A stretch of DNA of 63,997 bases, filler included, from Saprolegnia diclina VS20 (taxonomy: Eukaryota): assembly GCF_000281045.1 (NCBI RefSeq). It is 5 parts of 2 records of this genome, joined end to end, with 100 filler letters (N's around TTAATTAATTAA, not from the genome) between each part and the next. Parts side by side here need not be neighbours in the genome. Positions count along the whole stretch, not along the records: positions 19,988 to 42,637 come from NW_008246127.1; 4 more parts are not named here. One strand, written 5' to 3'. The translations under genes and the position numbers were made by a program. The stretch's first letter is position 1. Every line of letters begins with the position of its first letter. Shown one piece after another: positions 21,416 to 35,475 of the stretch. The notes under the pieces are model-generated. The model made no database searches. It saw only the letters and a program-made list of their open reading frames with translations, and was not told the DNA's origin.

Positions 21416-24400
21416 ATGCGGCGGCTCTTGCTCGCTCTCTGGGTGGTGACGTGCGTGGGTCAGCAATGCACGCCATCGACGCAGTTGGCCAAAGCCCCGG
21501 GCATCCTCCGCGACCGGTCGCCGCAGGTCGGCAACTACAACCCTGGCGTCGACTGCCACTGGCAGATCACGACCGCCAAGCCCAACACAATTATCGCCCT
21601 CACGTTCACGCTTCTGAAGCTTGACGCGGACTACGGCGGCAACAACGACGTTGTGCTCGTGAACCTCGGCCGCAACGCGCCGCCCCCGCTCGGCTGGTCG
21701 CTCTACACCCGCCCGTTGGATCTCTATGGGGGCGACGCTGTCGGGACCTTTGACTATGCAACGAGTCCGCTCTCCAAGGACACGTGCGTTGCCAACCAGC
21801 AGGGCTCGTTCGACCCGAGTCAATGCGACCTCACGTACGGTTCGCTGCTCGCCGACGCCTCGCGCAGTGCGTCGTGGTACTATTATACGGGCAACGACGG
21901 CGACGATACGGTCGGTGGCACCGTCTCGATGCAGTCGACGGCGCAGGACATCTACATCATCTACCGATCGTTCACCAAGCCGGACGGCGTCGTACTCGAC
22001 CAGTCGACGACGTATGGCATGGCCGCCACCTACGAGTTCGGTACGATCTTGCCAATGTACTCCTACAGGTGATACTAACTACCGTTTCGACTAGCAAGCA
22101 CATTTTGCAGCGGTCTGAGCGTCCTCTCGCCGCAGCTGTCGGTCGCCGACGGCGCGAACGCAACGACGGCGCAGACGTTTCGTGACAACATGCTCGGCCA
22201 AAATCAGCCGAATATGAGTTGTGCGTGGCTCTTGCAGCCGACGCGACTCGACCCGACGTCCGGCACTCGCGTGCTCTTTGACTCGATCTGGATGTCGTTC
22301 AACGCGTTTCAGCTCCGGGGGGCGTCCGTCGTCACCATGTACGTTGACCGAAACCCGTCATATTGGAATTAAACGCAAAATGCGACTAGTTATGACGGCG
22401 CATCGGCTACCGCGACGGTCGTGGCCAGGTTCACAGGCGAGAACCCGCCACCCCCCGGCTTTTCGCTCCAGAATGGCCAAGGCTCTCTGTTTCTGACGTA
22501 TGCGTCGCTGAATGGTCCCGCCGCCCCCGGGTTTACGGTGGCGTGGCAAGCAGGTGCGGTGGCACCATCATCGGGCAACTAACGCAGTATCGATCGTAGC
22601 TTACTGTCCGAATGCCTGCTCGGGCAGACATGGTAGCTGCATCAACGGCGAGTGCGTCTGCGTGCATGGCTGGTCGGGGCCGGCATGCGATATCCCCCAA
22701 GGGTGGCTCTGCGCAGGGACCCACTACAATGCTAGCGACGGCTGCGACTGCGGCTGCGGCCTCTACGGTACTTGTATCTTAAAAAAGCGAGAGTTTCAAG
22801 ACTGTTCTAGACCCCGACTGTGGCACGTTGCCTGCGTCGGTCACGACGTGCAAGCACAGCCCGAGTCTCGATAGCACGGCGTTCGATGCACTCCAAGGCC
22901 GTGTCTTCAACGGCGACTGCATCTACTGCCCCCTTCCTGCTGTGATTCCCGGTATTTTGTGCAGAGTTTTCCCGAAAACTAACTCGACGAACTAGAGCAA
23001 ACGCCACAGCCCAACTTGAACTGGAACACCTCGGACGGGTCGATCACCGAGTCGTGTCCGCTCGTACACCAGTGCGGTTCCGGCTCACAATGCGATGCGT
23101 ACGGTGCCTGCGTGCACGTTGGGAGTACCTCGAGTGATATCCTTCGCAAGCAGTGTCTCTCGTCCAGTGACTGCCCAGCGTCGACCGTCTGCGGATCCAA
23201 CCAGCTGTGCAAAGCCCCCGACGACTTTGCACTTTTGTTTTCTGATCCGTCGCTTCTCGCACGAAGCAATGCGCTCCTCGGACTCGACTCGACGTTGGGA
23301 GTCACCATCGAAATCACACTGCGCATCACGTCCCGCAACTCGACCGATGTTCTCTTGAGCTACCCGGGGCTATCGGTGGCGCAGTCGTCAGCACTAACCT
23401 TTGCGATTGGCTCGTCGGTGTGGCCAACAACCGTTGGTGTCGACGACGGGCGCTGGTACTCGGTCGCATGGACGTGGGATGCAGCCACGGGCGACACAAC
23501 GCTCTATTCCTACAATGAAACAACCAATACCACGACGGTTGTTGCATCGGGCACCGTAGCGACCACCGGCGTCTCGCTTATTCCAGCGCTACCGCTTGAC
23601 GTCGGTGGCTTCACCGGTGCACTGGCGTTCCTACGGATCTGGAACACGGTGAAGACACCATCGACGCTGTTTCAGTCGTCACGAACAACGACGAGCTATC
23701 TTGTTGCCGAGTATCGGTGCGTCCTCAGCCCCTTGTAGCAACGGTCGTGTCATGATGATTGTGGTACTGTCGCTAGATTCCGTGATGGCAGCGCTCGGGA
23801 TCTCTCGTCGTATCAAAATGACTTGAGTCTCACGGCGACTGGCGGCAATGCGATGTCTCCGTCTGCTACGTACAGCTTTGCGTTCAATGTCAGCACATCT
23901 GGTATACTTCTACTGCCTGAATGAATATCCCACTGCATACCGTTTGAGTAGAAGTCAACCCGTGCTTGGCATCCCCGGTGGACCTTACGACCAATACGTT
24001 TGCTGTCGACAGTGTCATTCACGTCACCGGGATTGCCAAGGTTGGCACGTGGCAACTTAGATTTGTCGACCAAGCGGGGTCACCGATACTCGAAGTGTCG
24101 CCTTCGGACGCCACGACCGTCGACATTGCCGTCAACGGCGTCGTCACCACGCGCGTCACCGTCGCCGATGCCCTCGGCCAATCCAAAGCGCTTCAAGTAC
24201 GGTTTCAGCGCACCAGTGGCTCGTCGGTGGTCGTCTGCTTCTTTGACGTCACATGCGTCACCGTGGTCACCGCGGGTGTCGCGACGTCGTTCGAGACGTC
24301 GTTGCCAGAAGCTATCCCGATATGCATCACGCGCGCCGGTATAATTCCTTCCTCTTGAAAATCGATCAACTCCTCATCGTAGCAAGCCTGGCTACGCTTG

Positions 24401-27400
24401 CACCGATCGTGTCCGAGCCTACGACGACGGTCAACGGTAGCCGTTGCAGCTTCCCAATGACGTATACACAGCGCAACTGCGAACGTTTTCGCAATTACAT
24501 GAACTCAAAAGGCTATAGCGACACCATGTGTCTCCAAAATGCCCAGGCGTTTGCAACGTCGCAGCTTGATCTGGCGCTGCAGCCGTGTCAGTGCACTGAT
24601 ATGCCACCGTGGCTCGTCTCGTCGGCCATAAAATCGATCGACTCGGCGACCGGGCGCGTCACACTGCTCGTCACGTACAATTACATCAAAACCAAGGTCG
24701 TGGCCGACGACACAACGCAGCCGTGCGGCAACAATTGCTACATTTACGAGCCCGTGGCGGGTCACCGACGGCGCCTTGCTGCGACGTCGTCGTCCATCTC
24801 GGGCCCAAATAGCCCAGGCGCCGGTAGCTCGTTTGGCCCTGGCCCTCCCAGCGGCGGTGGTCAATCAACAACTACAACGACGGCCCACGGCACCGACGCC
24901 AAGCAGTACCAAGCAACGCGTTTGTTTACCGTCAACAGCCACGGCTGCAACGTGATCTCTGCGTTACTGCCAGAGACGTCGGCCCCGGCGCAGTGCGTTG
25001 TCACCGGGCCCGACGCCAGCATTGTCCAGGACACCATTTCTGCCTTCTCATGCCAGACAACGGGAGGATCCACCGACGATCCAGCAACGGCACAGCCGTG
25101 GTGCCTCGTCAACGGGTCGCCCGAGGTGTGCTTGAGTAACGTCGACTCGTGCGGGCTTAGAAACGGCAATGTCACGCTGACAAATGCGACGGGTACGATT
25201 CGGGATGGGTACGCAACGACGGTCACGGCCGGTGTCCGCGTCTGTCGGTTTACAATTGCGCCGACCATTGCACCTGTTTTGGCGCCTTACACGTGTCTTG
25301 TCCTCAAGCTCCAGCAGCTGCAACTCTCGCCAAGCGATCGCGTACGTCATCTTTTTCATGTGAGATTTCATTGCGAACCAAGATGTAGTTTACGGTCAAG
25401 GGCCGACTCGCCGAGACCAGTCTACCAAGCCAACTGGCAGCCATGTAGGTACAACCGTTCAGTCTAAAAACTGAGTATCTCGTACCTAGCGACTTGCCAT
25501 CCCTCGTGCTCAACATGTCGTCTGTTCTCATTGAGTACACGGGCGCCGGCGACAAGTCGGGGACGCCCTTTGATGGGTTTGTTTTGGAGTACAGTACGAC
25601 GCTGGCGTTCCCCGAGGTTGGCAGCCGTCATTTCTGCCAATTTGCTGCAACGACACTGCCTCTGGACCCCACCACCCATGCCGTCGTGTTTCCGACGTAC
25701 AACTTGACCAACAGTCGGCTGACACCGGCGATCACTTCGTGCCGGTACACGTTTACGACCAGCGCAGTGTCGATCTCGTCCGTCTGGCTGCGGTTTCTCG
25801 ATCTCAACCTGACGTCGACCGACGACCGTATCGAACTCTACGACGGCAACGGCACGACGCCAGCAGCCTTGATCGCCAACATTACAGCGTCGTCCTTCTC
25901 GGTGCTCAACTATGCGATCAAAATGAATGGCGCCTCCGACTACATTGCGTCGACCGATCCGCTTCCTACGCTTCCGACAACGGTTGTCTTTTGGCTGAAC
26001 GTCCCGTCGTCGACCAAAGCCGACTGCTCCGTCACCGCCAACTGCGTCAATTCCAAACCCAAGAAAATGAAGGTCCTCGGCACCGACCACGGCTCGATCG
26101 ACGATGCGTATGTGACGGTGCAGCTCGCGCCCGACACGGGATTCCTCTCGGTCGTCGTCAGCGGCGCCGAGTTTACCGTCGCGACCAGCGTCCTCCAAGA
26201 TACATGGCTTCACGTGGCGCTGGTCTACCAAGCGACGGAGAACGACGTCTTCGCCTACGTCGACGGCCAGCGCCAAAGCGTCGTTCGGACGGGCAGCGTC
26301 AATACGTCATTGGTCGCCGTACCTGCGCAGCTCTTTGTCGGCGGACAAATTACGCTTCCTGACGCCACGCACATTGCATTTGCGGGTCAGCTCCAGCAAC
26401 TGCGTCTCTACGACGAGCCCAAGTCGGCCGTCGACATTGTCAAGATGCAAACAGCGGCCTGCGATACAGCCGACGCGACGCTTCTGCTTTGCTACGAGTT
26501 GAGCACGTACAACGCTACCAAAGTACGTTGCATCTAGACTCGGAGCGCGTATCGATGCAGCTATTGGTAGGTGCTGGACAGTAGCCGCTACGGCATCCAC
26601 GGTGCCTTACGAGGTGGTGTCTATATGACACCCCCGACGCTTCGATCGTCGATTGCGTTTACGACGTTTCGGGCGTCGACGCGCCACTTGTCACTTTTAT
26701 ATTTGCCGTCGTCGACGAACGCGTCGTCCATCTTTCGCGTTGTCGTCACCGGCCACGCGTGCCCTACGGCGTGTCACCACGGCGCGTGTGCGTTTGGTGT
26801 CTGTCAATGTGACCCGGGGTACGCCGGCCCGAGTTGCGCCGACAAGCTGTCGGCGTGCGACGCCGACGTGCTGCTGCCCGGTCGTCAAGGGACACTCGAG
26901 TTTCCGCCGGATAGCTACATGCTTCAAACCAACTTTGTGCCACCGGCGCCACCGATTGGGTACCCGCCAGGGCAGTGTCTCTGGCAACTGCAAAAGTCCA
27001 ATGCGCTCATCGTGCTCCAGTTTGGCGCCACGTCCGACCTCGAAGACACTGACGCATTGACTATTTACGACGGTGCAGCCATCGACAACGTCTACCACGA
27101 CGCGACGACCACGGTCGGGCTCTCGGCGGCGACTGCGATCGACCGGGCGCTGTTTCTTCAGCGCACGAACGGTGTTGCGTACGCAGTGGCGATCTTCCAG
27201 TCGTCGGTGACGGCAACGTCGGCCACGGTGGCGCTCGCGCGCGCCAACTCGCCGTTGTTTGATGTAGTCACGTATCGCCGGGGGCTTGCCTGCGCCGACG
27301 CCAGCAGCGTCGGACTCACAACCGCGCTCGCCAAGTCGCTGATCCAAGCCTACTGGTGGTCGACGTCCGACGACGCCTATACAACCGGCGCAGCCGTCGT

Positions 27401-30400
27401 GCAGCTGTACTTTAACAACTACGACGCCGACTCGGCCGTCGTGACCGCCGAGTTTGTGACGTACGCTTTAGACTGGACAACCATCGTGTCGACGCCGTAC
27501 CCATCGGTGTTTTCGTTTTCCCGGCGGACGCAGCCGTACTTTGTGTGTCGAAACGGTGCCGACGTTGGTCTCGATGCGACGCAGACGCTCCTCTCGTCGG
27601 CGTGGCCCAGTCGGTTGACGAAACCCGACTTGATAACGGGAATGGCCTACCGTGCGCTGGCGACGCCAGTGCTTTCGTACACCGGGGCATGGACGCTCGC
27701 CCCCAACAGTGTTCTTAGCGGGCTGGTTCGCTTTGACTTTACAAGCGCACTCGCTTCGATCGAAGTTTCGAATACGTTTACCCTCGTCATCAATGCGTCG
27801 GTCGTACTCTCGAGCGGCCCGCAGTACCTCCTCTCGCAAGAAAACTCTGGAGTCGGGTCGCTTGTGCTACAGATCTCGGGCGTCACCAAGGGCATGGGGC
27901 AGTGGATTCTGGGCGCATATAACACCAACCAAGCCGCTACCGTGAGTCCCGCGTCCTTCTCGGGCGATACGATGCACCTTGTCGTCACGTTCAATCACGG
28001 TGTCGTTACCTACTACGTTAACGGACTCCGCTACAGCACGCTCGACACGAACGCAGCGTATGAAAACTGCTTGAACCAGCAGTGGGACCAGTACCTCGTC
28101 ACTGGTACCTGGGTCGACTGCAACGTATTTGGAATCGCAGGCTACAGCGACCCGAGTCGCCTCGTCCTTGGTGGTCGACTCGTCAATGGCAACCCGCTCC
28201 AGACGTGGCAAGGCACCGTTTATGCGGCTGAGCTCTACGACACCGTCTTGCCCGACTCCGTGATTGCGGCGGCGTATGCAGGTCCTAGCGCGCTCTCCGC
28301 GTTCGAGCCCGAAGCCGCGGTCGTCAACGCCGTCACATCGCCAACGACGGCCACGATGAGCACAATTGAAGTCCTCTCGGCGTCGGTCGGCGAGGTTGCA
28401 GTGCGCTCGGTGGTCACTCGTCAGTGGTCGCTCCGGCGTCTCGGGTGCGCGACGCCGCCGGCAACGATCGTCAATGCGACTGCCATCGCTGACGCACTCA
28501 ACATCACGGCGCAAACCCATCTCGTTGCGAACGCGTTTGATGCGACGTCCGTCGTTGTCTCTTGGGTCGCACCCAACTCGTCGTTCTTGCAAGCCACGTT
28601 GGCGCGCAGTCGAACGTACAACTTTGGCCTTACCGACACGACCGTGCTAGACCTCTTGCTGCGGTACAGCCAACAAGCCGAGTCGGTTGCCTACGTCATC
28701 ACCGACCTCTGGGTCAACAGTGTCTCCAGTACGACAGCGACCGTCACGTTTGAGATGCGGGACGCGTCCATGGCCATCGTGGCGGCGACGGCCGACTTGA
28801 CGCGCGTCAACAATTCGTGGCAACCACCAGTGAGCGTTCATCGGCTGGTACCACCGGCGTTTGCATCGGTGCCGTTCCCGCGCTGTTCCAACAGCAATCA
28901 GAGCATCACTGTCTCGAGCGGGGTGCTCACGGACGGCCAGGTCACCGAGACAATGGCGGTGCCGCCCAACACGCAGTGTCAGTGGATTTTGCAAGCGCCC
29001 GGAAGCGACCGCATCACGATTGATTTCTCACATCTCCACGTGATCTGCGTCGAGGGAACACTGAGTCTTATCGAGCCGGGACGGCCGCCAGTGGCGCTCT
29101 GCGGTCGCCATCCACCCTATACCATCACCACCGGCCCCAACGTGATTCTGAGCTACCGGGTCGGACCGCTGCCGCCGCAGCAGTCGTCGTTGCAGTCGAC
29201 GGGGTTTTACGCCACGTACGCATTCAGTAGCCACACGGCGAGTCCCAACAAGTCGGATGCGCTGGTTGCCTACGGCGCCTGGCAAGTCCAGTCGCTTGGC
29301 AAGGGCAACACACAGTGCCAGCTCGACGTCAGCAACGAAAGCGTCCACAACGCATGGCAGGTGGTCGAGGCGTCGCTCACAACGGCGATCGATACACTCT
29401 GCTACAGCAGCGTCGCCATGCCGGCGGACAATGCGTGGGTCGTTGATTCATACAACGCCTCGAACCCGGGGTCGACCGACTGCAGTATGTGGACACCAGA
29501 TGCTAGCGTGCCCTGGACAGCGACGAGCCTCACGACGGTCAACAGCACTGCGCGCTACTCGAGCCCATTGACAAAAGCGTCCCCACCGGCCCTTCGCGTG
29601 ACGCCGAGTATGACCAACAGCTTGTTTCGAGCATCCGGTAGCCGTGCGCAAATTGCATTCAAATCGGCACTCGGCGGGCGCGGGCGGTTCCGCATCAACT
29701 ATCTCACGCCGCGACAATACTACGTCGCGCCCAGTAGCTACGCCTCGGGCGACGGCGCGAGCGGCCTCGGCACCCGCGAATCGCCATTCACGAGCACGTT
29801 TGCCTACTTGTTTGCAAACGTCTTGCGCGACGGCGACATGCTCACGCTCTTCCCGGGACGATACGAAGGCACTGGGTACTGCGGACTTTCATTTCCAACG
29901 AGCATTTATGTCACGTCGTTGAGCGGCCCGGCATGGACCCTAATCGCGTGCCAAGGAAGCTCGCGCGGCTGGCTTCTCAGCCACGCCAAAGGCCTCTCGG
30001 TCATCCGTGGTCTCTCGTTTACCAGCTGCACGGTATGACAATCTGAAACTATCGCACATGGATGTACTTAGTTGGGACTAGACAACTGCGTCACCGATGC
30101 GGGGCGTGGCGCTGTTCATCGGCGGCAACGCGTTGATTGAAAACTGCCGCTTTTACGGCAACCAGTTCGCGGGCCAAGGCACGGTGGCCGTCGTCGCGCC
30201 CAGTGTCACGACGCTGCGCGGGTGTACATTTGATAGCAACGTTGCGACCGTCGGTGCCGCCATAGCTGTGCTCTCGGCCACCGCGATTCTTGACAACTGC
30301 ACGATACATGCCAACAACGCCACGCTGAGCGGTGCGGTCTTTATCTCGACGTACGCCTCGACGTCGACCACGCTGCACAATCCCTCGACCGTCACCATCT

Positions 30401-33400
30401 CCGCCTGCACCTTTACGCGCAACCTCGCCAGCAGCGTCCCCGAAGCTGCGCTGACCATCAACCAAGCCAGCGTCGCCACGATCGGCAACTGTTTCTTTCA
30501 AAACAACGTGGGCAGCGCGATCGGCTTGGACGGTGCGTACGTCACGATCAACAACTCGGTGATTACGGGCAACGCCGGCTCGGGTATCCGCGCCAGCAAC
30601 ACACAGCTCTTTGTGGCAACAACTATGTTTGGCAACAACACGAGCGCTGACAAGGGCGGTGGTCTTCGTGCCGAGACGTCGACAATACGCAGCGTGAGCA
30701 ACACATTCCTCGGGAACGCTGCCGTGGTCGCCGGTGGTGGCATCTATCTTCTAAGCTCGACCTTTGTTGACGTGATGAGCGTGTACGACTCCAACACCGT
30801 GAGCTTGATCGCGCCGACCACCAACCGAGGTCTCGGCGGCGCGATCTACGCGCTCAACTGCTACGACACGACGCTGCAGCCACTGATTGCGATCACAAAC
30901 GGCACGTTTCGGGCGAATCAGGCGTCGTTTGGTGCTGCTGGTGCGTTGTTCTACTCTGTCTCGACCTCATTTCTTAACGCTCTCTAGTCTATCTGGTCCA
31001 GTCGTATACGCGGCTTCAATACAGTGTGTTTCGATCCAACGCGGCGACCAAGTACGGCGGCGCACTCATGGTGACAGGCACGTCCGCCCAAGGCACCGAA
31101 TTCGTCGTCGTTCTCGAGCGAAATCTCTACGAGTCGAACGCTGGTCAGTACGGCGGTAGCGTCTTTGTCTCGTCGTCCGACCACGTCTTGACAACCGACG
31201 ATGTGTTTGCCCACGGCCGCGCGACCAAAGCGGGCGGCGCCATTGCCCTCACGGCCGCCACGATGATTGTGGTTGAGAACGGGACATTTCTCGCCGATGT
31301 CAGTGGCACGGACGGCGGTGCGATGTATGCCGACTCTAATTCGGTCGTCGCCATCTCCGACTCGCGGTTTGCGTCGTGTGTCGCCTACCGTCACGGGGGC
31401 AGCGTCTACGTCACGTCGAGCACCGTGGTCATTGACAACGTCACGATGACCAACGTACGACGACAACGTCATGTGACATATCATGTAACGGTCTGGGATA
31501 GAGCACGGCATTCCAGTACGGTGGCGGGCTCGTGCTGCAGTCGCAGAGCACAACGGTTCAGTTGACCAACCTCAGTATCACCGCGTCGTCAGCAACAAAA
31601 GGCGGTGCCATCTATCTCATCGACTGCACGTTTCAGGCCGGTGACATTGTCAATGTCACGATTGCCAACACGACAGCGAGTACGATGGGGGGCGCCCTGT
31701 ACCTCGTGCTCGTCACCATGACGATTGATCACCTACAGACGGAGGCCACGACGTCCGGCAGCGGCGGCATGATGGCGCTCGAAGATTCCGTCGTTGTCGT
31801 AAGCAACGCCAGCATTGTCAAGGCGTTTGCGACCAAGAACGGCGGCGCGTTCTACTGCATCATCTCGAGCCTCGTCCTCCAGGCGTCGACCGTCGGTCAG
31901 CACACGGCGGGCGCCAACGGCGGTGCCGTCTACGGCTTTTCGAGCATCCTGACACTACAAGACTCACATCTCGTCCGCAACGCGGCGGCGGGCGGCGGCG
32001 CCATTGCCGTTGCCTCATCCACCGTTAGTACGCTCCGCGTATATCTCGCGTACAACAGTGCCACGACCGGCGGTGCGCTGAGCGCCGACCTCTCGGACAT
32101 TACGCTGGACACGTCTGTGCTGCTGGGCAACACCGCGTCGGGTCTCGGTGGCGCCATCGCCGTCGCGTTCAACTCGCTCACGCTGTTTCATTCGGTTTTG
32201 CGTGACAACGTAGCGGCTGTCGGCGGTGCCATCTCCATGTCGGACCTCTCGACGTTCACTTTGCATTCGAGTGTTTTTCACAACAACTCGGTGCTGCTCG
32301 GGTCGAAGCCCGGTGTCGTGGCCAAAGGCGGTGCGATCAGCATCGCAACGATCTCGAGCGCGTCGTTCGTGACCAACTGCTCGTTTCTCGACAATCGCGC
32401 CGGAATCGCCACCGGTGGTGCAGTCTACGCGTCGATGGGCACGGCGTCGGCACCGCCTATCATCAACGTCGTTGCATCCAACTTTGTCAATTGCAGCAGT
32501 GGCTATGGCGGTGCGCTCTACCTTGAAAACGCGCCGTGCTCCTTCTCGAACTCACGCTGGATCAACAATTCGGCGACAACCGGCGGTGGTGGCGGCATCT
32601 ACTGGACCAGTGTCGAGCCATTGGGGTTGGCCTCGCAAATCTTTACCAACAACAGTGCCGTGTATGGACCCGACGTAGCGTCGCTGCCGTATGCACTGCA
32701 GCCTCGGTACACGCCACCAATGTCGAATGGCGTCGTGAGTGGTGAAGCGAGTGGGCAGATGTTTGCTGGCACCTTGGCCGTCCATGTTGTTGTATGTGTC
32801 GTCGACAACTTTTGACGTGGAGGCAACGTTACTGCTGTGCGTAGGACCAGTATTTACAGACTGTTGCGACCGACAACAAGACGCAAGTTACGCTGGTGAG
32901 TCTGACAACGTCAGCATTCGTTGTGGGGACCGGCAAGGCCACGGCGGTGCGCGGCATTTGTAACTTCTCGACGTCGGGCGTGCAATTTACTCCAGGTAGA
33001 ACATCTCTACTCCACATGACGCTCCACCCAATCAACTATGTTCATAGGCCTCAACATGACCTTGGCAGTCACGGGGGGCGACCTTCTGCCGCTGCACACG
33101 GTTGAGATGCATCTCCGGGGGTGCCTTCGCGGCGAAGTGCTGCCACAAGGCGTCGCGCAGTGCGTCAAATGTCCCATTGGGCAGTTTAGCTGGAACGCCA
33201 GTGAAAGCGTCTGCCACGCGTGTCCAACCGGTGCGATCTGCGGCGGCGGGGATAACATTCAGGCGACCGACGGCTACTGGCGGTTTCCCAACTCGACCGG
33301 CGTCTGTACATCGGGTCGCTACGACGGGTGTCGGCTCAACGAGTGCTTGGCATCCGCCTGCAACGGGCTCCTCCTTGGCAACGACTTGGCGTCGGTCGTC

Positions 33401-35452
33401 GTGGACACGGGCGTCAGCGGCACCATGGGTCTTCTCCTCCCTTCAAATAGCTCGGGCTATGGTACCAACGATACGCTGTACGTACAAGGCGCCACGTATA
33501 CGGTGGTGGCGTCGTCCACCGTGTCTTCGTCGTCCAGTGAGCTCCAGCTTCTTGTCACGGGAAGCACGCCATTGCCCAACACAGGTGATCCCGCTTCCTT
33601 CATTACCAAACGATAAACTTTCTTGATATAGGCGCCGTGGCCATTTACAAAGTCCAGCCCGAAACGTGCAAGCGGGGCTTTACCGGGCACCTTTGCTTTC
33701 AGTGTGCGTATGGGTACACGCGCAGCGGGAAGACCGAATGCGTCGAGTGCCCGAGCGACTACACCCTGACGGTCTTGGTGCTAATTGGCGGCATTCTCGC
33801 GTGCATCGTCTACGCCGTCATGCTGATTCAAATGACCATCAACAAGTCGCGGACCAAGGCTGACTTGTTCTCGATCATCACCAAGATCTTTACCTCGTAC
33901 ATGCAGCTCGTGAGTCTGGCCGGGTCGTTCGACTTGCAGTGGCCCGTGGTCGTTGCGTCGATGTTCAATACGCAGAGCGCGGCGTCCAACCCCGCCGACA
34001 AGCTCATCTCGATCAACTGCCTCATGAACCACTACAAGGCGCAGTCGTCTTCGTCGGCGGCCGCCACCGGTCTCTCGCCGTACCACGAGCAGCTCATCTT
34101 GTACCTCTGCTTGCCACTGCTCTGTGTCGTCGTTCCGATCATCTACTGGAAACTCAAGTTTCGCTTTACACGGCAACGCATTCAGCGAAAAGCGTGGCCA
34201 CCACTGCTGCAAGGCACGCTTGGCCGCGGCACGGGCGCCGACGTCCTCGTTCTGGACGCTGAGATTGAAGACATTTTGCGCGCCGTCGGCGAAGACCCGA
34301 CCGACATTGTCCTATTGGGCACGCGATCCATAGGAAAGCTCGGCGAAGGACCGCAGCCGCTCAGTATTGTTAAAGCCGCCTACCTCGACGCTGTGCGCAG
34401 TGAGATTCATGACAAGTCGGTGCTCTCGATCATTGTGCTCATGTTCCTCATCCATCCGGGCGTCACCAAGCAGATCTTTCAACTCTTCTCCTGTTCGGAG
34501 CTCGGGATGGACGAGCATGGCGTCGTCATGGCCTTCCTGGACGCTGATCTCGACATCCCATGCTACGACTCAAGCCACTACAAGTGGATGCTGTGCGTCG
34601 GCTTACCGAGCGTTGTGGGCATTACGTTTGGCATCCCGGGTTTTGCCTTTGGTGTGCTCCGTGCCCGTCGGGCGACGCTGGACGACCCGCGCACGCAACT
34701 GCAATTTGGGTTTCTCTACGATGGGTATGTCGCATACGACGGTTTCATTCAGACGATGACTCATCGTGACATGTCTTTTCTAGATACAAGCTAGCGCACT
34801 ACTACTGGGAAATCTGGTATACTTGTCTGCGTGCCGCATCTTTATGAGTCTCATGATGGATGCTAGGATCATGATGCGCAAGGTGCTCGTGAGCATGGTC
34901 TCGGTCTTTCTCAAGGCGTGGGGCACCGGGCCGCAGTCGCTCGGCGCGACAGGCCTCATCTTCGCCGCTTTGTACATGCACATGGAGGCGACGCCGTACG
35001 AGCTCGACGTGGTCAACAACCTCGAGCAAACTTCGCTGCTTACGTGTCTCTTCACCATGTACTTTGGTCTCTACCTCTTCCAGCCCGAGCTCACGAGCGG
35101 CACGCGGCTCGCCGTTGGGGTATGACTCGCCCAATCGTATGAGGGTCGCTACTGACGGCTTCGGACTCGCTAGATTGTCATTGTCGTTGCCAACAGCATC
35201 TTCATGGTCAAGTTTGCGCGACTCATGCTTCTCGAGCTCAAGAAGAAGGCGCTCGACGGTCTCGCCAAAGTCGCTCAACACAAGCGCATGAGCGTGGTGC
35301 TGCAAAAGTTTCGCCGTGCGTCACTTGACACCAACGGCGTCGTGACGCCCTCTGGCGTGCAGTTGCAAGACGGCAGCAAGCACGATAATGACGACGACGA
35401 CGACGAGGATCGAAGTGGGGACGAGTGGGACCGGGTCCAAGCACGTACATAA
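21416..35452 (+). CDS. Giant (~4,400 aa) cell-surface multipass protein: signal peptide, CUB, EGF, LamG, right-handed beta-helix (GGAI/FxxN repeats), Cys-rich stalk, multi-TM C-terminus; many exons
   Basis: Signal peptide MRRLLLALWVVTCVG. CUB motifs YNPGVDCHWQI, NMSCAWLLQP, PPNTQCQWILQAP. EGF CPNACSGRHGSCINGECVCVHGWSGPAC and CPTACHHGACAFGVCQCDPGYAGPSC. LamG DDGRWYSVAWTWD and DTWLHVALVY. YYVAP...GLGTRESPF then many GGA(I/L/V) repeats. CVKCPIGQFS...CHACPTGAICGGG...GYWR. TM region KIFTSYMQLV...QFGFLYDGY...YYWEIW. The ORFs join via short GT-AG introns. Confidence 0.8.
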
Positions 35453-35475
35453 ACGCTGTATAAGTAGCACGTGTC

